DNA of 64,000 nucleotides from Bugula neritina (taxonomy: Eukaryota > Animalia > Bryozoa), in the NCBI GenBank assembly GCA_964035545.1, contig OZ037765.1:9062698-9126697 (forward strand). The letters are read 5' to 3'. The notes under the pieces were generated by a model. That model ran no database searches. It had not been told where the DNA came from and saw only the letters and a list, made by a program, of their open reading frames with translations. This document shows, piece after piece, positions 1 to 13,259 of the stretch (its first letter is position 1; each line of letters opens with the position of its first letter). Made by a program: the position numbers and the translations under genes.

Positions 1-600
1 CTCAAAACTAGTGAAAAGGTTGACTATAAAAAAATAAAGCTGACATATACTTTATTGGCCTGGAGCTAATTCATACAGTTTAACTTCTGATACAATGAAT
101 GATGTATACAGCAGAGCAATTTTGTTTTTGGAAATATCAAAGCATGGAGAAAAATTTAACCAAAAATCTTTAATTTAGTGACTATACTCTTTTCAATACT
201 AGAGTATTACTTGTATATTAATCTGCATTCGAGCCTATTTCAAACTTTTAATTATATTTGCAATCGGCAGGTCATCCAACATTCAAATATCTCATCCAAT
301 CATAGCTTTCATTTTATTAGTTGCACTTCCCTTTATTATATTACAAATAGAGAAATATTTGCAACTTCATATTAAATAGACCTGGGGTCTTCTGTAATTT
401 AGCCACATTATATATCATTACTCTGTAGTTTATGAAATGCACATTTTATTTACACCTCTTTACTATTGATTATTAAACTAACACTAACTCACCCATCAGT
501 TGGAGCTATAAAATCTAAAAACATTGATAAAGGAGGAGACACTGAATTACACTACACGCCTGCCTGCGGCCAACTTGGTTTATAGCCATCAATTTATGAG

Positions 601-685
601 ATAGGTGCAGTAATGGAAAAATTGGAAAAAGTAATAAAGAACGTTAAAGAACTTGGGCTATTAAAATTTCTCTGCTGCTGCACAT
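601..685. repeat. Dispersed MITE-like repeat family, copy 1 (others at about 4287-4440, 24628-24770 inverted, 31300-31355 partial)
   Basis: Copies share AGGTGCAGTAATG..AAATTG and AAAGAACTT(A/G)GGCTATT.AAATTT(C/T)TC. The 4287 and 24628 copies also share CCCCAAACCAAAAT. Confidence 0.65.
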
Positions 686-2025
686 AGAGAAAATGCATAC
701 TGCAGGTGTAAGATTAGTTACGAGATACCAGATGACCTATGGTAATGACAAGTAAAGCACAAGAACTGTGGCAACAACTCTTGCAAAGTGCATTCACCAT
801 CTGAGTACTACAGTTCATATACTGCTACTATAAAATTATCCACCGAGGTTTACTCATTAGTTGCTTAATGCACCTTAATCATAGTGAAAAATGCAACTCA
901 ACAGGCGGAGGTGAATATCTAACTGAAGGATTCATGCAGCATGATTTAATTTTAATTTTACTACTTTTTTTAACAAAATTTATGTTACAATTTCAAATCA
1001 ATTGCTTCTGATTGGAGTGATGATGTATCAAAAAGCAGAATGTCTATATTATATAGTATCTGTGGAAGTTACTTTGCTTTATAATAAAATTTACAATAAC
1101 ACCAACTTATAAATATAGAATCCAACATAGTAAAAGTAAGGCGTATGTCAAAAATAGATATTTTATTATTTTATGATCTTATGCTATGCAAATACAGAAT
1201 TGGTGTGAAATGTATTACACTTTGCATGCCTGGATATATACAATACAACGTAAGGAAGACATGGTATCTAGTAGCATCTGCATTGGGCATCACTGAATAA
1301 TATGATTACAAACTTGCTCATCAGTACAGCAATTTCTTGAATATAATAAAAATATGTTATAAGTTAATGAAATAAGTTGTTTAGTTGCTGCATCAATAAT
1401 TATTCAGTTTTAACTTTGTTGTTATCTAGTATCTAAAAATAGCGCAGCTAGTCTTCAAATTCCCATCCTGGACTTGTTCCTTGCATTTAGAAATGTCTTA
1501 ATTTAGAAACAGAACATGCAGGGCTGCATGCTGGTTGTCTAGTGACTTTATTCTTACCACAAAACAACCTGGCAAGCTGTCTATATGTAATATGTTAAAA
1601 TATTTCCGCTGTATTGGTCATCTCATAAGCTTGTGCACCCTTATAGTGTTTAGGTAAGAAAGCCAGATATTTTCTAACACTCCCTGCCTTAAACTGTTAA
1701 GCTAAAAGCCTGAGGGTTGGACTAAACGAGTGAATGACTCCATTTCATTATAACTAATGCTTCTACAGATTTGTCATAAGTACCAAGTAAGCACAGCAGA
1801 CCTATTCTCTAAATTATTCATACTGGCACCAATACTAACCGAAGCTTGTCTTTGTTCACATGTTCACTAGCACTATCTAAATTCACACTATCTACTTATA
1901 TTTTATGACCACAGGTTTTGGCTATCTATGCCTTTGTAGACAATACTGAATTTAAATGTGCACTATGAAATCACTCTATAAAAAGGGAATAAACTTGTCT
2001 TTACAGTATGCATTACTTAGCTTTA

Positions 2026-2134
2026 GCGTAGGGCCACACGAGTTAAAATTTTTGAAAACCCGCCACACACAATGGGCTGGACGGGTTCCCATATCTTGTC
2101 TCTGCGAGATAACCCTCGTTGTGTGGCCCTACGC
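2026..2134. mobile_element. PIF/Harbinger-type (Tourist-like) MITE, 109 bp
   Basis: 14-bp perfect TIR GCGTAGGGCCACAC / GTGTGGCCCTACGC flanked by a TTA direct duplication. A TWA target-site duplication is typical of PIF/Harbinger. Confidence 0.8.
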
Positions 2135-3290
2135 TTAGGAAATATTAAATTCTCATCATAGCTTTCCATTTGCTGAATATTACAATTAAAAAGTTTTTTA
2201 TTTGATTATCTGGTAAATATCCATAACATTCTAGTGCTGCCTGGTATCACGCTTGACCATTTGAAGTAAATTAAAATATGATGTGCATACACCACCTTAG
2301 TGCAGTGTGATTGTACGAGTAACTATGCTAACCAAATTACCATGCTGGTTAGTCATCCTCACATGAGTCATTTCAATCATATAAATACAGCTGCTAATAG
2401 ACAATGTAAAACTAGTGAGGAATAGGTTAGGGAGGTATAAATAGTCAAGAGGGAGCAATTTAAAACGATACCTAAATTGTATTTTTTTCCAAATTGCTCC
2501 TACTGTAACAACACCTAATGTGGTGCATACAAATGCATTTACAAAATATTAAGTGAGTTTTAGAGGTTTTGGCCATATTTAATTCTGCTAGGTAGCAGAA
2601 TACCTTCAACTTGGTTGACAAATACTAAAAAGTGTTAAGTATCTCAGCCCCATTTAATTTTTGATTGCTTTAACCATTCAAACTAGTGCTGTTGCCCCAA
2701 TAACAAGCATACTTTATCTCAAAGAATTTAATTCCAGTTTCAAACTAAAAACACTTTCCATAAGTAGAGGAAAACACAAAGCCAAAGATGAGATTAGAGC
2801 CTAAGTAGGCATTGTCATTGCTAATATTCTTATTACATAATAATTATAATCTTGTCCTTTTCAAAAACCTAGTTTATAAGAATGCCAGAAATAAAAGTAA
2901 ATGGCAAGCTAGGAAATTTCTCGGATGCTTCAGCTTCTTGACTTGACAATGTTCAACCTGTGACTATATTTGAGTAAGAGAAGGCCCAGATGTTAGTCAA
3001 AATTGTTTGCTAAGAGGTGTGGACTACAGACAGTACCAATATGAAGATTATTATTCTCTTTGTTATTTATAAGAGCCAAGTTGCATGCACTTATCAGGCT
3101 ATGAATGCTATTGACAAGTGCTTATATAACCAGCATGCATCAAACCGCAGCTGGCAAGAGAGGCTATTGTTATTACAAAGAACCTGAAAATCATAAAACT
3201 AAATTTAACAATGTTCAACCACCTAAACTCTTTAAGTTTTAGATAGATGGTTTTTAATGACTGAGCCCCACTGAGTATACTCTTTCATAC

Positions 3291-4809
3291 CTTTCTAACA
3301 TTTCCAACTGCTGGGCTTTTCTCTCCAGAAGTTTCCGGTACCAAGGAATAAATTTATCAGTTTGTCTGAAGAAGTCGGACAGGCTGTCCTCTAGATTAGA
3401 CAGAACTGTACGCCATCCTTGGTTTTGAAGGTGCTGGTGATGTACCAGATCTTTACACAGCTTTTCATATGCTACTCCTAAATCTTTCAACTCCTATTAA
3501 TGTAAAACAATTTACTTAACACTTTAGTAACATTGATGTGATGGTCTGTTGTGTAAAACAATACACAAAAATAATGCACAAAAATGACAAATTTATATGA
3601 GAAAAAATTAACTTGTAAAGATTTTCTAAACTCTAAAAAAATATTCTTTTATAAAAAAATGTAAATTTATGGAACTACTAGTTCTAATCACAACAATTTA
3701 CGTTTAGAAAACTTGTTTGACTTACTAAAGCTAGCTGTGTTCTGGCAGACAATGTAGCTAGTGTTGGTGCCATTTTCATTGAGTCTTCAATTTTCTGTCG
3801 AATACTTTTCCTATCTATAATTCATATGACAATTAGAATGAGACTGGAGCCACACATTTATTAAAATGACAGCTCTAACCCCAGCATTGAGTGCCAGTAA
3901 TGAATAAAATAAAAAAGTTTTCAATACTCCAACGTAGTCAGGTTCTAGAATGAACGAGTTTTTGAACCAAAAGTTAAAAAGAACCTTTCATTAAAATTCT
4001 ATTTTGTAAGAATACTTTTAGTTTTGAAATTAAAAGTTAGCACGAACAAATATTTTAAAAACACATGCAACTGAGAATGTACGTAGAGAAATGACTAATT
4101 ACCTATGTGTTCTATTTTTATATCTGGAGGATATTTCTCCTCTATTGCTTTCAGACTGAAGAGAAACATCGGACAAGAATCCTAAGACATAATGAAGTAC
4201 ATACAACAATATGAAACAAAATGAGAGACAGGTAGAATACAGGTAAAGCGTTGAGTAAAAAATAAGAACTGTAACTAAATAGAGGTAGGTGCAGTAATGT
4301 AGAAATTGAGAAAAACCTGTGTTCTAGATTGGAAATGTAGCAAAAGAAGTTGTTATCGCAAGAACTTCAACCCACACCCCAAACCAAAATATAATAATAA
4401 AACTAAAAGAACTTAGGCTATCTCAATTTCTCCACTAAATGACTAAATAGTTAAAAGCATACTTTGCCTGATGTGTATGTGCCAACTTTTTGATCTGAAT
4501 CGACCACCCCACCTCCACTCATCAGCAGAACTTGATTGCTAACTGGGATACCAAGGCTTCTTTCGATAACCCGCTTCAGTGCCTTTACACTGCAAGACAA
4601 TGATACTCCATGCATGAATATTCAAAAACCAAATTTCCTTCTTTAATTTCCATGATGAAAAATTGCTTAAAAATATGTTAAATTTTATAGAAAATAATAT
4701 AAATTTACTAGTGACTATATATGTAGAGCAACTGTTACCTTTGCATAGCAAGACTCAGATCAAATAGGAGCATGTCTCCTCGATTCACAAAGAACACTTG
4801 AATATCCAT
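3291..4809 (-). CDS. RB1CC1: RB1-inducible coiled-coil protein 1 (FIP200/Atg11-like autophagy scaffold), N-terminal coding exons only; 3' continuation not found in window
   Basis: Five GT-AG exons with consistent phases (4809-4739, 4589-4463, 4181-4103, 3814-3726, 3493-3291) give MDIQVFFVNRGDMLLFDLSLAMQSVKALKRVIERSLGIPVSNQVLLMSGG...DSCPMFLFS...IEDSMKMAPTLATLSARTQLALELKDLGVAYEKLCKDLVHHQHLQNQGWRTVLSNLED. This matches the RB1CC1 N-terminal ubiquitin-like domain and the 'RTQLAL...LVHDxHLQxQGW...NLED' segment as I recall them. An acceptor near 4843 implies upstream 5'UTR exon(s). Confidence 0.88.
4287..4440. repeat. Dispersed MITE-like repeat family, copy in RB1CC1 intron
   Basis: AGGTGCAGTAATGTAGAAATTG...CCCCAAACCAAAAT...AAAGAACTTAGGCTATCTCAATTTCTCC, similar to 601-685 and 24628-24770. 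Confidence 0.65.
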
Positions 4810-5749
4810 GTTAGGTGATCAACTGGTTTGCTAACATATAAGCTGTAAAAGTAACAAAAAATATTAAAAATGTAAATACATAGTACTAAATTATTTTAAA
4901 TACAATACATTATTATAACAGCCATCACCATGTAATATTTTATAGCTAAGAAATTGTAATAAGCTCTACATATTTTGCCATTCTACTTCATAATATAAAA
5001 AATATAACCCCATTTTAATTCGCACATCTAATAATCACAATCTAATAACATATATTTCAATGATTTATGTTCTACCTTTAAATCAAAATTTGAAAATTAT
5101 ATTAACATTATCTTGTTACCACATCTTATATTAAAATACCTGTAAGCGTATTGCAGTATTTGCAGCAACTTTAAAATGATGACCATTTATCTATATAACT
5201 ATATTGAATTTTAAACCAAAAAAAATTCTAAGAAACATAGTCCTGATGACAAAACTTAATAAACTAGATCTAATAGCACATTAATAGTTCCTTACATTAC
5301 CACAAACTCTAAGCCCTAACTTACATATTGAAATAAAATACTTGTTTGCTTCAAAGTCAAGTCTGTATTGAGTCTATTTTGGTAAGAATTCTAAAATTTT
5401 GGGCAAAACATCAATAAGAACTAAGTCTCTTGCTGTGTTAGAAACATGATTATAAAGGCTTTCAAAATAGTGCAGGAGCAATTATGATTGGGATGGCTAC
5501 CCTGATATCACACAGATTTCAGCCTGCTAATGTGCATGTGTCATACTTTAAATTCATACTAGGCTATTTTAAATGTAAAACCTAAATTGAAACACAATTT
5601 TCTAATCAAACTACTAACTGGTGAGGTTATAGTATTTATAGTTATACTGCCATCAGTATTATTCATGATAAACATTATTTACACTGAATCAGTTGATGAA
5701 CTTGAAGTTTAAATGAGAAAATTAGAAAACTTAAAATTAAGTAATATAA

Positions 5750-6850
5750 TAATTCATAGGTAACAATAATTCTGACCATCACAATAGCAAGGAGTACAGC
5801 TCCAATAATCAGTAACCAAACTTAATATCGGTACCTAGTGTTATTATCATTTTATGGTCAGTTTCACTTTAGGTTTATAATCATAATGCCTATACTCATA
5901 CTGAATATTGTCTGCGTCAATAAAATCTGAGTTAGTAGTTACAATTAGTATTACTATTTGATCAGTATGAGTATGGTTCTCCTGAATCAAAATCATAACC
6001 ATAATTATAATCATAACGATAGCCATACTCATAGAGACATCGTTATCATGGTTGTAAAACAGAAGCTAAATGCAATTGTCATTTTAATTTCGTACTCAAA
6101 CACTTACAGTGATATTGATACTCACAATCACAGTAATAGTTGTAACCATACTGATGAAAGTGATAATCATAATGGTACTCATTAACTAAGAGTAAGTGAA
6201 TACAATTACAAGTAAAGGCACTACTAAAAGTAAATTATTGTAAATCCCATTCATACTCATAGTAATGCTGATAGTCATCTACTGACAATTGATAGTTGAA
6301 GTTGATAGTGTCACTGTCGGTGATACTTATACTCTTAGTCATACTACACAATAATTATAATAATAATACATGCTCTGATAGTGATGCTAATAGCAAAATT
6401 CAAACTGGATGCAAATGCAATACTAATAGTAATAGTATTACTGTAATACTAATACAGTATTACTAATATTAATAATAATACTAATAGTAATACTAATACT
6501 GGTAGTAATACTAATAGTAATAGTAAGAGTTATAATTACAAGTTATTTTAATTTACTTTTAGTTATAGTATAATTATTGTTATTAGTATTACTATTACTA
6601 CTATATCTATTGGTATTTACTAGGCTCTTTCACTTTCAGTATTTGTATTCATAACTCATAATCATTATATAAATCATTATGCTTAAGTTTGACTGTATTC
6701 ACATTCATATTCACTCATACCATAGTGATAATCATAGTCATGACTCGTGACTCATGAGTAATGAAATTCAAATTGGATATTCATATTAACTCAGTTTCAA
6801 TGGCTGCAGTACTAGTTAAATTTCAATTTGATGATCTCAAGACTCGGAGA
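5750..6850. repeat. Periodic low-complexity island upstream of the RB1CC1 coding exons
   Basis: Degenerate AATAGT/AATACT/CATACT/GATAGT hexamer arrays with a core at about 6420-6610. Confidence 0.85.
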
Positions 6851-8275
6851 TGAATATCAAATTCATAAAATTAAATATTAATATTATTTTAAATATAATA
6901 TTAATTGAAATAATTAAATTTAATAAAGTATCAATTGTTTATTTTCAACATAAATATAATAAATATAAGTACATAATGATAAATAATGCATTGTACATTA
7001 GTATGATGCAATTCGTCGCACGTTTTATGTGCGTAAACCGTGAAATGCAATATTTTGTCTTTGTTTTTGACTACTACTCCACCTAGACCTACGAGCAGTG
7101 AGTTACCTAACGAATTGCATCAAATTTAGTATTTACAGCTACAGACACTATCAGCTGGTTTTGTTGACAAAAGCATTAGCCCCTCTTTTGTTAGAGAGCA
7201 CAGGTCCCATGCAAATATAGAGTTATCTTTTCTCCACATATTTAAATCTCGGCAGTCATGATAGTTTGCTATCATGAATATCACGATTTTTATTAGGCCT
7301 ACATGCAAAGCTAATTCACCAAACATTACGTGTAAATAAAAACTCATGATGTAAAAAAACCAAGTAAAATGTACTATGCATGAAATTAGATATATTTTGA
7401 CTTCATTAATTATAACCTTTTGTACACTGTGGGGGGTTTTATTTATTTTCTAAAGTTAGTATATTTTATTGTTTTAGTTTTAAAAAGTAAGTGTGTAGGG
7501 ACAAATGCTGCATGGCAGGATGCCTATATTAATATAATATTGTGATTCACTTAATGAAGGGTGTAGTGAACAAGGCTTTGAGTTGAGCATTTACTCTTCA
7601 CTGATGTCCTTTATTAAGTTTTATTCTAACATACATTAGTTGATCTCATTGACTTCTATTGACATCATCAAGACTACAATTATTACAATTCAAACTTACA
7701 TGATCAGGATAAACATAAATAAACAATATGAAAACAAAAAACAGTTGTAATTTACACAAAAAAGAAACAATATAATTAATGTAAATAACTTACTTATTTT
7801 GCTCTCTTAAAATTACACTAGTCCACTAGCACCAACTATTGCCAAGTGCCAGAGGTCTTTTAGTTAGCACTGGCTGTGCTGTAGAAAGCTTTTCTTAGTA
7901 CGTTTTATTATAGCTAAAATAGCTTAGCAAAGTAGCGCTAATTTCACTGCAAAGGGTGAGTGGATGGAGGACACAGATGCAGGCCACAACTCAACCTTTT
8001 GCCTAATGCCAATAGTTTATTTTTTCACAAAACTTCAACAATTATTTGGGCAATACAGTTTAGATTGCCTGCATCCCTTAACAAAAGCAAATTTTCCTAT
8101 TTCAGTTCTTGAGTTGTACTGATTCATCTAACAAAGCTATCAGTAGAAAGCTATTGCAAAAGCTTTCACAAAAAGCTTTTATCAAACAATACTTTTTTAA
8201 AGCTGGAAGAAGCTCCTGCAACACGTAAGGCCCCCCTGTTGATTAAATTAGATCTACTATTCAATCAAAAAATAG

Positions 8276-8355
8276 CAATAGAATATAACAAAAAATTAAC
8301 AGCAACCAAAAACATAACAATAGAATATAACAAAAACTTAACAGTAACCAAAAAA
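8276..8355 (+). repeat. Tandem duplication of a 42-bp unit
   Basis: CAATAGAATATAACAAAAA(A/C)TTAACAG(C/T)AACCAAAAA occurs twice in tandem. Confidence 0.8.
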
Positions 8356-9461
8356 ACTATTTGATTCATCGGATATATTATTGCAAACCTCACTGTTAAA
8401 TTTTGTGTAATATGTTTATTTGGTCTGGCACCGAGCAGAGCCTATAAGCGCACCTAATCGACCAGGACAAGCAATGAAAGGTTCTGCACTGCATGAATAA
8501 TCACGGCCTCTTTCCACCTTATACAATCCTTCACCGTTGAGCCAACTCTGAATATTTTACCTTTACTATGGGGGCTTGGGAATTGTAACTTGAAACAACA
8601 TACATAGCTAAAGTTTTTGCTTAAAGCTGTATAATCAATGTAAAAGTTGTACACTACAAAATTTTTACAACATTAGGTCAAAATATTTAAGTCGTATTAT
8701 AGTTTAGGTATAAAAATAATCTTTAACAAAATTAGAACCTTTTAAACTTATACATGTTGCAAGAGTTCATACTCTACCTATTCCCTGTATCTCACAGCAA
8801 CGCATGTAGCTTAGTTACGCTTTAGACAGTGTAGACTGTAGAGTATATCAGAATTCAGTTAGAAAAAATTATATAGCCACAGCATTTACTGGTTTACTGA
8901 GGCCTAGAACAGTATAAGGTAAAAAGGTGAAATGGCCACATGCATATTGTACAGTGTGCATGTTTGTTTGTTTGTATTTTCATCAATGAGTACAAGCATA
9001 CTATACCCGTGATGTGTGAGTATTATACAATATCATGGCATTTAATTATAAATCACAAAGTTGCTACTGCAAATTAGAAATAAATTGTTGTAGAAGGAAG
9101 TTGTTGTAAGCATACCCTGCAATCCCCATAAAGTAACAAACATTTTTCCAAATGTCCAACGTTTTCTTTTTATATACACGAATGTCCAAATTCAGACGGC
9201 TTTATCAATACTAATGTATCACAGTTGATTCATGTAACAGAAGGATATACATTTTCAAGTTCAGTATATTTGGAGTCCGATACAACACTTTTATCATGAA
9301 AACCATAATATTTAAAGCATCATTAGGGTATAAAGGCATTAAAAGTTATACACTGAAAACATGCCACTGATAATTCTAATTAAACACAACTGCAAATTTA
9401 TAATAATAGAGAGTTGTTTTAATATGTTTAATATATTAGTTAATTCTATTGTTTTCACAAA

Positions 9462-12400
9462 CTACACTTCTGCTTCGGCATCAACTAATTTGAAAAAGTG
9501 GCCACATTGGCATCTTCTAGTCTCCCCCATACACAGCTCAATATACCTCACAGTGGTTGCATCATCGTCACCTAAAATAAAAATCAATAATTGCACAAAA
9601 TGATTTAATAAAATATAACAACTCATTTTTGGTTCATCAATTCAAATAAATCCAACCACACTTAGAAAAAAATGGGAGATAAATCAGGAAAATAACCCAA
9701 TGTTGTTAAATATCTATAAACAGCTAAATTTTGGTTTAGACTTTATAACTTTTTAAAACACAGGCATTGCATCTCATTTGCAATGAAAAGGCTAAATGCA
9801 AACATAAAATGGGGTTCAAAAATATTGGTATGAAACATTGGCCAAAACTGGCACTATACCAAAACTTTTTAAAAAAAGATAAGAATGTGCCCTCCTAACG
9901 TAATTGAAGAAACTTGTTCAAGTATCAATGGTGAAATAAACAATATTTAATATACATAAAACTGCATAGTTTAAAGGCCTTGGGAAACTCCAAAATAATC
10001 CCATCAAATTAACCATAATGCTTGAAACAGGCAATATCTATTCTACCCCAGTAATTATTGCTACAAATTTCTCAAACTAATAGTTCAAGGTTAAGCTCAT
10101 TGGGAATGTGAAAAATGTTGGCTATCTGACCAGTCTGAGCTTTAGGCACTCATTTCAACCAGGCAAGCTTTTAACTACAGAGTTTTCAAGCATCATGATT
10201 AAGCATGGACTGAAAGTTGCAAATACAGTAGCTACCAATTATAACTAACCATCAGAGAGCTTTTTCAAAATTAGCCCATTATGGGTTCAGAAAATATTTC
10301 CAATTCAATGAACTATCTTTTTATTGACTATCAGTGCATTACGTCATAGAAGCCACTAAAAATTGTATGGGGACTGACTAAGTTGCGTTATGTACATATA
10401 GATATAGTGGCATTTTTATTCATATTGCAACTCCTTTAATATAACATGAAGGCATTACGCCACTGCTCGTACTTACACAATTGCATGATGCAGCAACTTA
10501 TAAAACAAATATTTTCCAATCCTCTATTTTAGAAATTAAATTTTTTTTGCCATTGTTTGTTTAGCAATGCCAGTAACTGCTATTCAATCAAGCACAACCT
10601 AATATACACATTTGATAATTATACTGGAAGTGACTTTTTAAAGAGCAAGCTCACCCGCACATAATCAATTCCTTTAGCAAAAACTTACTAGTTTTACCCA
10701 GCTAAATTGACCAGATAGCAGAATAAAATGTCAATCAAATCTACATGAGATACTCACAAACACATCCTATAGTTCTGGTATCACAAACTGATCGAATGAT
10801 GGTTGGCTTATCTTTGGTACCGTGTGTCAACTTAATTCCATCTAATAAAAATGGATCCTACAAACATATAATACAGATGATGTACTATAGAATGATGTAT
10901 CTATAGAAAAATAAATAAATTGAATTATGTTACTGCTAAATCTTTTTACTACGAATTCATAACCATTCTCTTGTGGGAACAATATTAGTATCCTATTTAT
11001 AGCTGTGACTACTGTGTTGTTTGTGAGTGTTTCTAGCTGCCAGAATTACTAGTCAGAAGTTCAACACATTAGCCAGCCTTGACAGGAAACACTAAAACAA
11101 CTTTAATCGTAGGAATATTACCATATCGCCTTTAGCTCTCTGTATCAACTCCCAACGCTCTATACCAACAGCACCACCAAGTTCATCAGGCATCGAAACC
11201 TCTTTGGATGCTAGATACAAAAAGGCAATACTTTTAGTGACAAATATTTAAGATAATGAAAACTAAGTGGGTATACATTACTGTTTTAACCATTATATGC
11301 AAAAGTACTGAGTAGTCAAAATGCTAAAAATTTGATTTGCTCATTTTCAAACTGATGGAAACCACCATAGAGTTTATCTTGCATTGATTTGCTATCACAA
11401 AAAGAGTGATGATAGCTGGGGTTTAGTGGTTCACTGTCCCTTAGACCTATTATTCAGCCTGCAACAAACTCACCTCATAAAAATTAAAATACTCTGGTAA
11501 CACCCAATGGCACGAAACTCATGAGTGCTTCTTGTGTTGCCAATTAAGTGTTAAGCTTTTAATTGCAATGTATAGAATTTTAGCACAGTTGAACTAGTTC
11601 CAAATTTTAATTCCACTATGTCTTTGCTTACATAAGCTATGATAAGCATGATGAAACCAACTGAGTGAGATGAGGTATAACTGTATTAATCATAACTATA
11701 ATACAAAATATAATTATTATTGTTAAATGTAAACTTCAACTTAGCGTTGCTAAATAAAAAATAAAATGCTAGTATTGTAATAGTAATATGCATTTACTAA
11801 TGTTTCAATTATTATCATAGTTGAAAAGCATTAGTAGTACTATTGAAATAAAAAATAAATTTTCAACTTAAATTCAAATCAGTTTTTAACACTCGATCTG
11901 CTAAGAGAAGAGAACCAAAATCTGTTTCTGAATTCTTACGAGCCTTTTACAACTGTTTTCTCCCTAGAGGCCTTAGAGTTAGAGATTTGAGGATAATATC
12001 TCATAACACAAACTGAAACTCAGCTTAGCTATGTGCTAAAATGCTATACAATATGAATATATATATTTCAGTTAAAAACTTCAAACTTAACTCAGTGATA
12101 GCCTTAGCTATAATTTGATTTATTACAACATATGATACAAAAACACAAGACTAGGAAGCACTCATAATTTTTGCATCAATAGCATAGGTGTTACCACTAC
12201 CAGAGAGTTTCAATTGTTTATTTTGAAGAGGTGATTTAGTTACTTAAACTTTTGAATTTTGTTAAACATCATATCTATAAGTATTACTATTGCCATTGGT
12301 GTCGTTATTACTGATCCTCATCCCGAGTTTGCTTAGACTTAGAGTTTACTAACAGTAAAAGTAAATCAGTGTTACTAATACTATTAGACTCTGGTAGTCA

Positions 12401-13052
12401 TACTCATAGTCAATCTCATACTCATAGTGATACACTATCAATATGAGATTGAGTGTAATACTGATCCACGATAGTGATTTAATCATTGATTTAGTTTTAC
12501 TGATTTACAACCAACAAGGTAACATTTAATCTGACTGAAAGTGAATCTCTTGTGGTTTTAAACTTTCTATTGCGCTTAGAGAGTTACAGTAGTGAGTATG
12601 TAATATAGCTATATTAATAATGATAATGATAACCATATCCATGATTGATGATGTTGATATTGCACTACGTCTACTAGTACTACTACTACTATAACTATGT
12701 CTACTACTGTACTAGTAGTACAGTAGTAGTACTAGTAGTACAGTAGTAGTACTAGTAGTACTACTACTATTAGTAGTAGTAGTAGTAGTAGTAGTACTAT
12801 TAGTAGTACTACTAGTACTAGGACTACTACTACTAGCAGTAACTCAAACTGAAACTGGTAAGAGTTAGAGTTAGACTATACTACTATCGTATTATTATTA
12901 CTATTACTATTACCTTCCTTTCCTTCTGCTGGATCATAATACGGTGTTGTTTTCTCTGAATATAGTCTAATATTTGTAGATAATCTTGGTGTTAGAGCTT
13001 GAAATGATTTTCTAGTAAGCAGCAAGGCATTTTTGGTCAACATCGAAGCCAT
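9462..13052 (-). CDS. COX5B: Cytochrome c oxidase subunit 5B, mitochondrial precursor (about 145 aa, 4 exons)
   Basis: Exons 13052-12914, 11210-11122, 10857-10758 and 9571-9462 (GT-AG, in phase) give MASMLTKNALLLTRKSFQALTPRLSTNIRLYS (basic presequence-like) ...MPDELGGAVGIERWELIQRAKGDMDPF...GTKDKPTIIRSVCDTRTIGCVCDDDATTVRYIELCMGETRRCQCGHFFKLV. This carries the COX5B zinc-site cysteine pattern (GCxC...RCxCG). Confidence 0.93.
12280..12913. repeat. Periodic low-complexity island at the start of COX5B intron 1
   Basis: Begins at the exon-1 donor itself (minus strand GTAATAGTAATAGTAAT...). Contains (TAG)n/(CTA)n blocks and CATACTCATAGT and TTAGAG/TTAGAC units. Confidence 0.9.
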
Positions 13053-13259
13053 GTTGGACTTTTTTGAGAACAGTCTTTCTTACTGCCACCGCGAACCTAT
13101 AAAAAATAGCTGTGAAGCACGAAACCAGGCAATTAGTTGCTGGTAGAAATAAAGCCGGCAACTACTATGCTATTGAAAAATTAAACTGGAGTTGTCTTTT
13201 TAAAGGTAACATAACTCTGAGCTGCAACACTTGTCAATTGGTCAAATGTATGTACAATA

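Noticed and set aside
5847-6185. His/Asn/Ser- and Ile/Val-rich ORFs here and at 26839-27141, 39643-39867 and 52421-52666
   Set aside because: They are by-products of the 3/6-bp periodic islands, which avoid stops in some frames; no splice or homology support.
8420-8480. GC-richer stretch with a TGGTC/GACCA stem, possible ribozyme or structured RNA
   Set aside because: I could not match the catalytic core of hammerhead, HDV-like or twister ribozymes, and the stem is too short to support a call.
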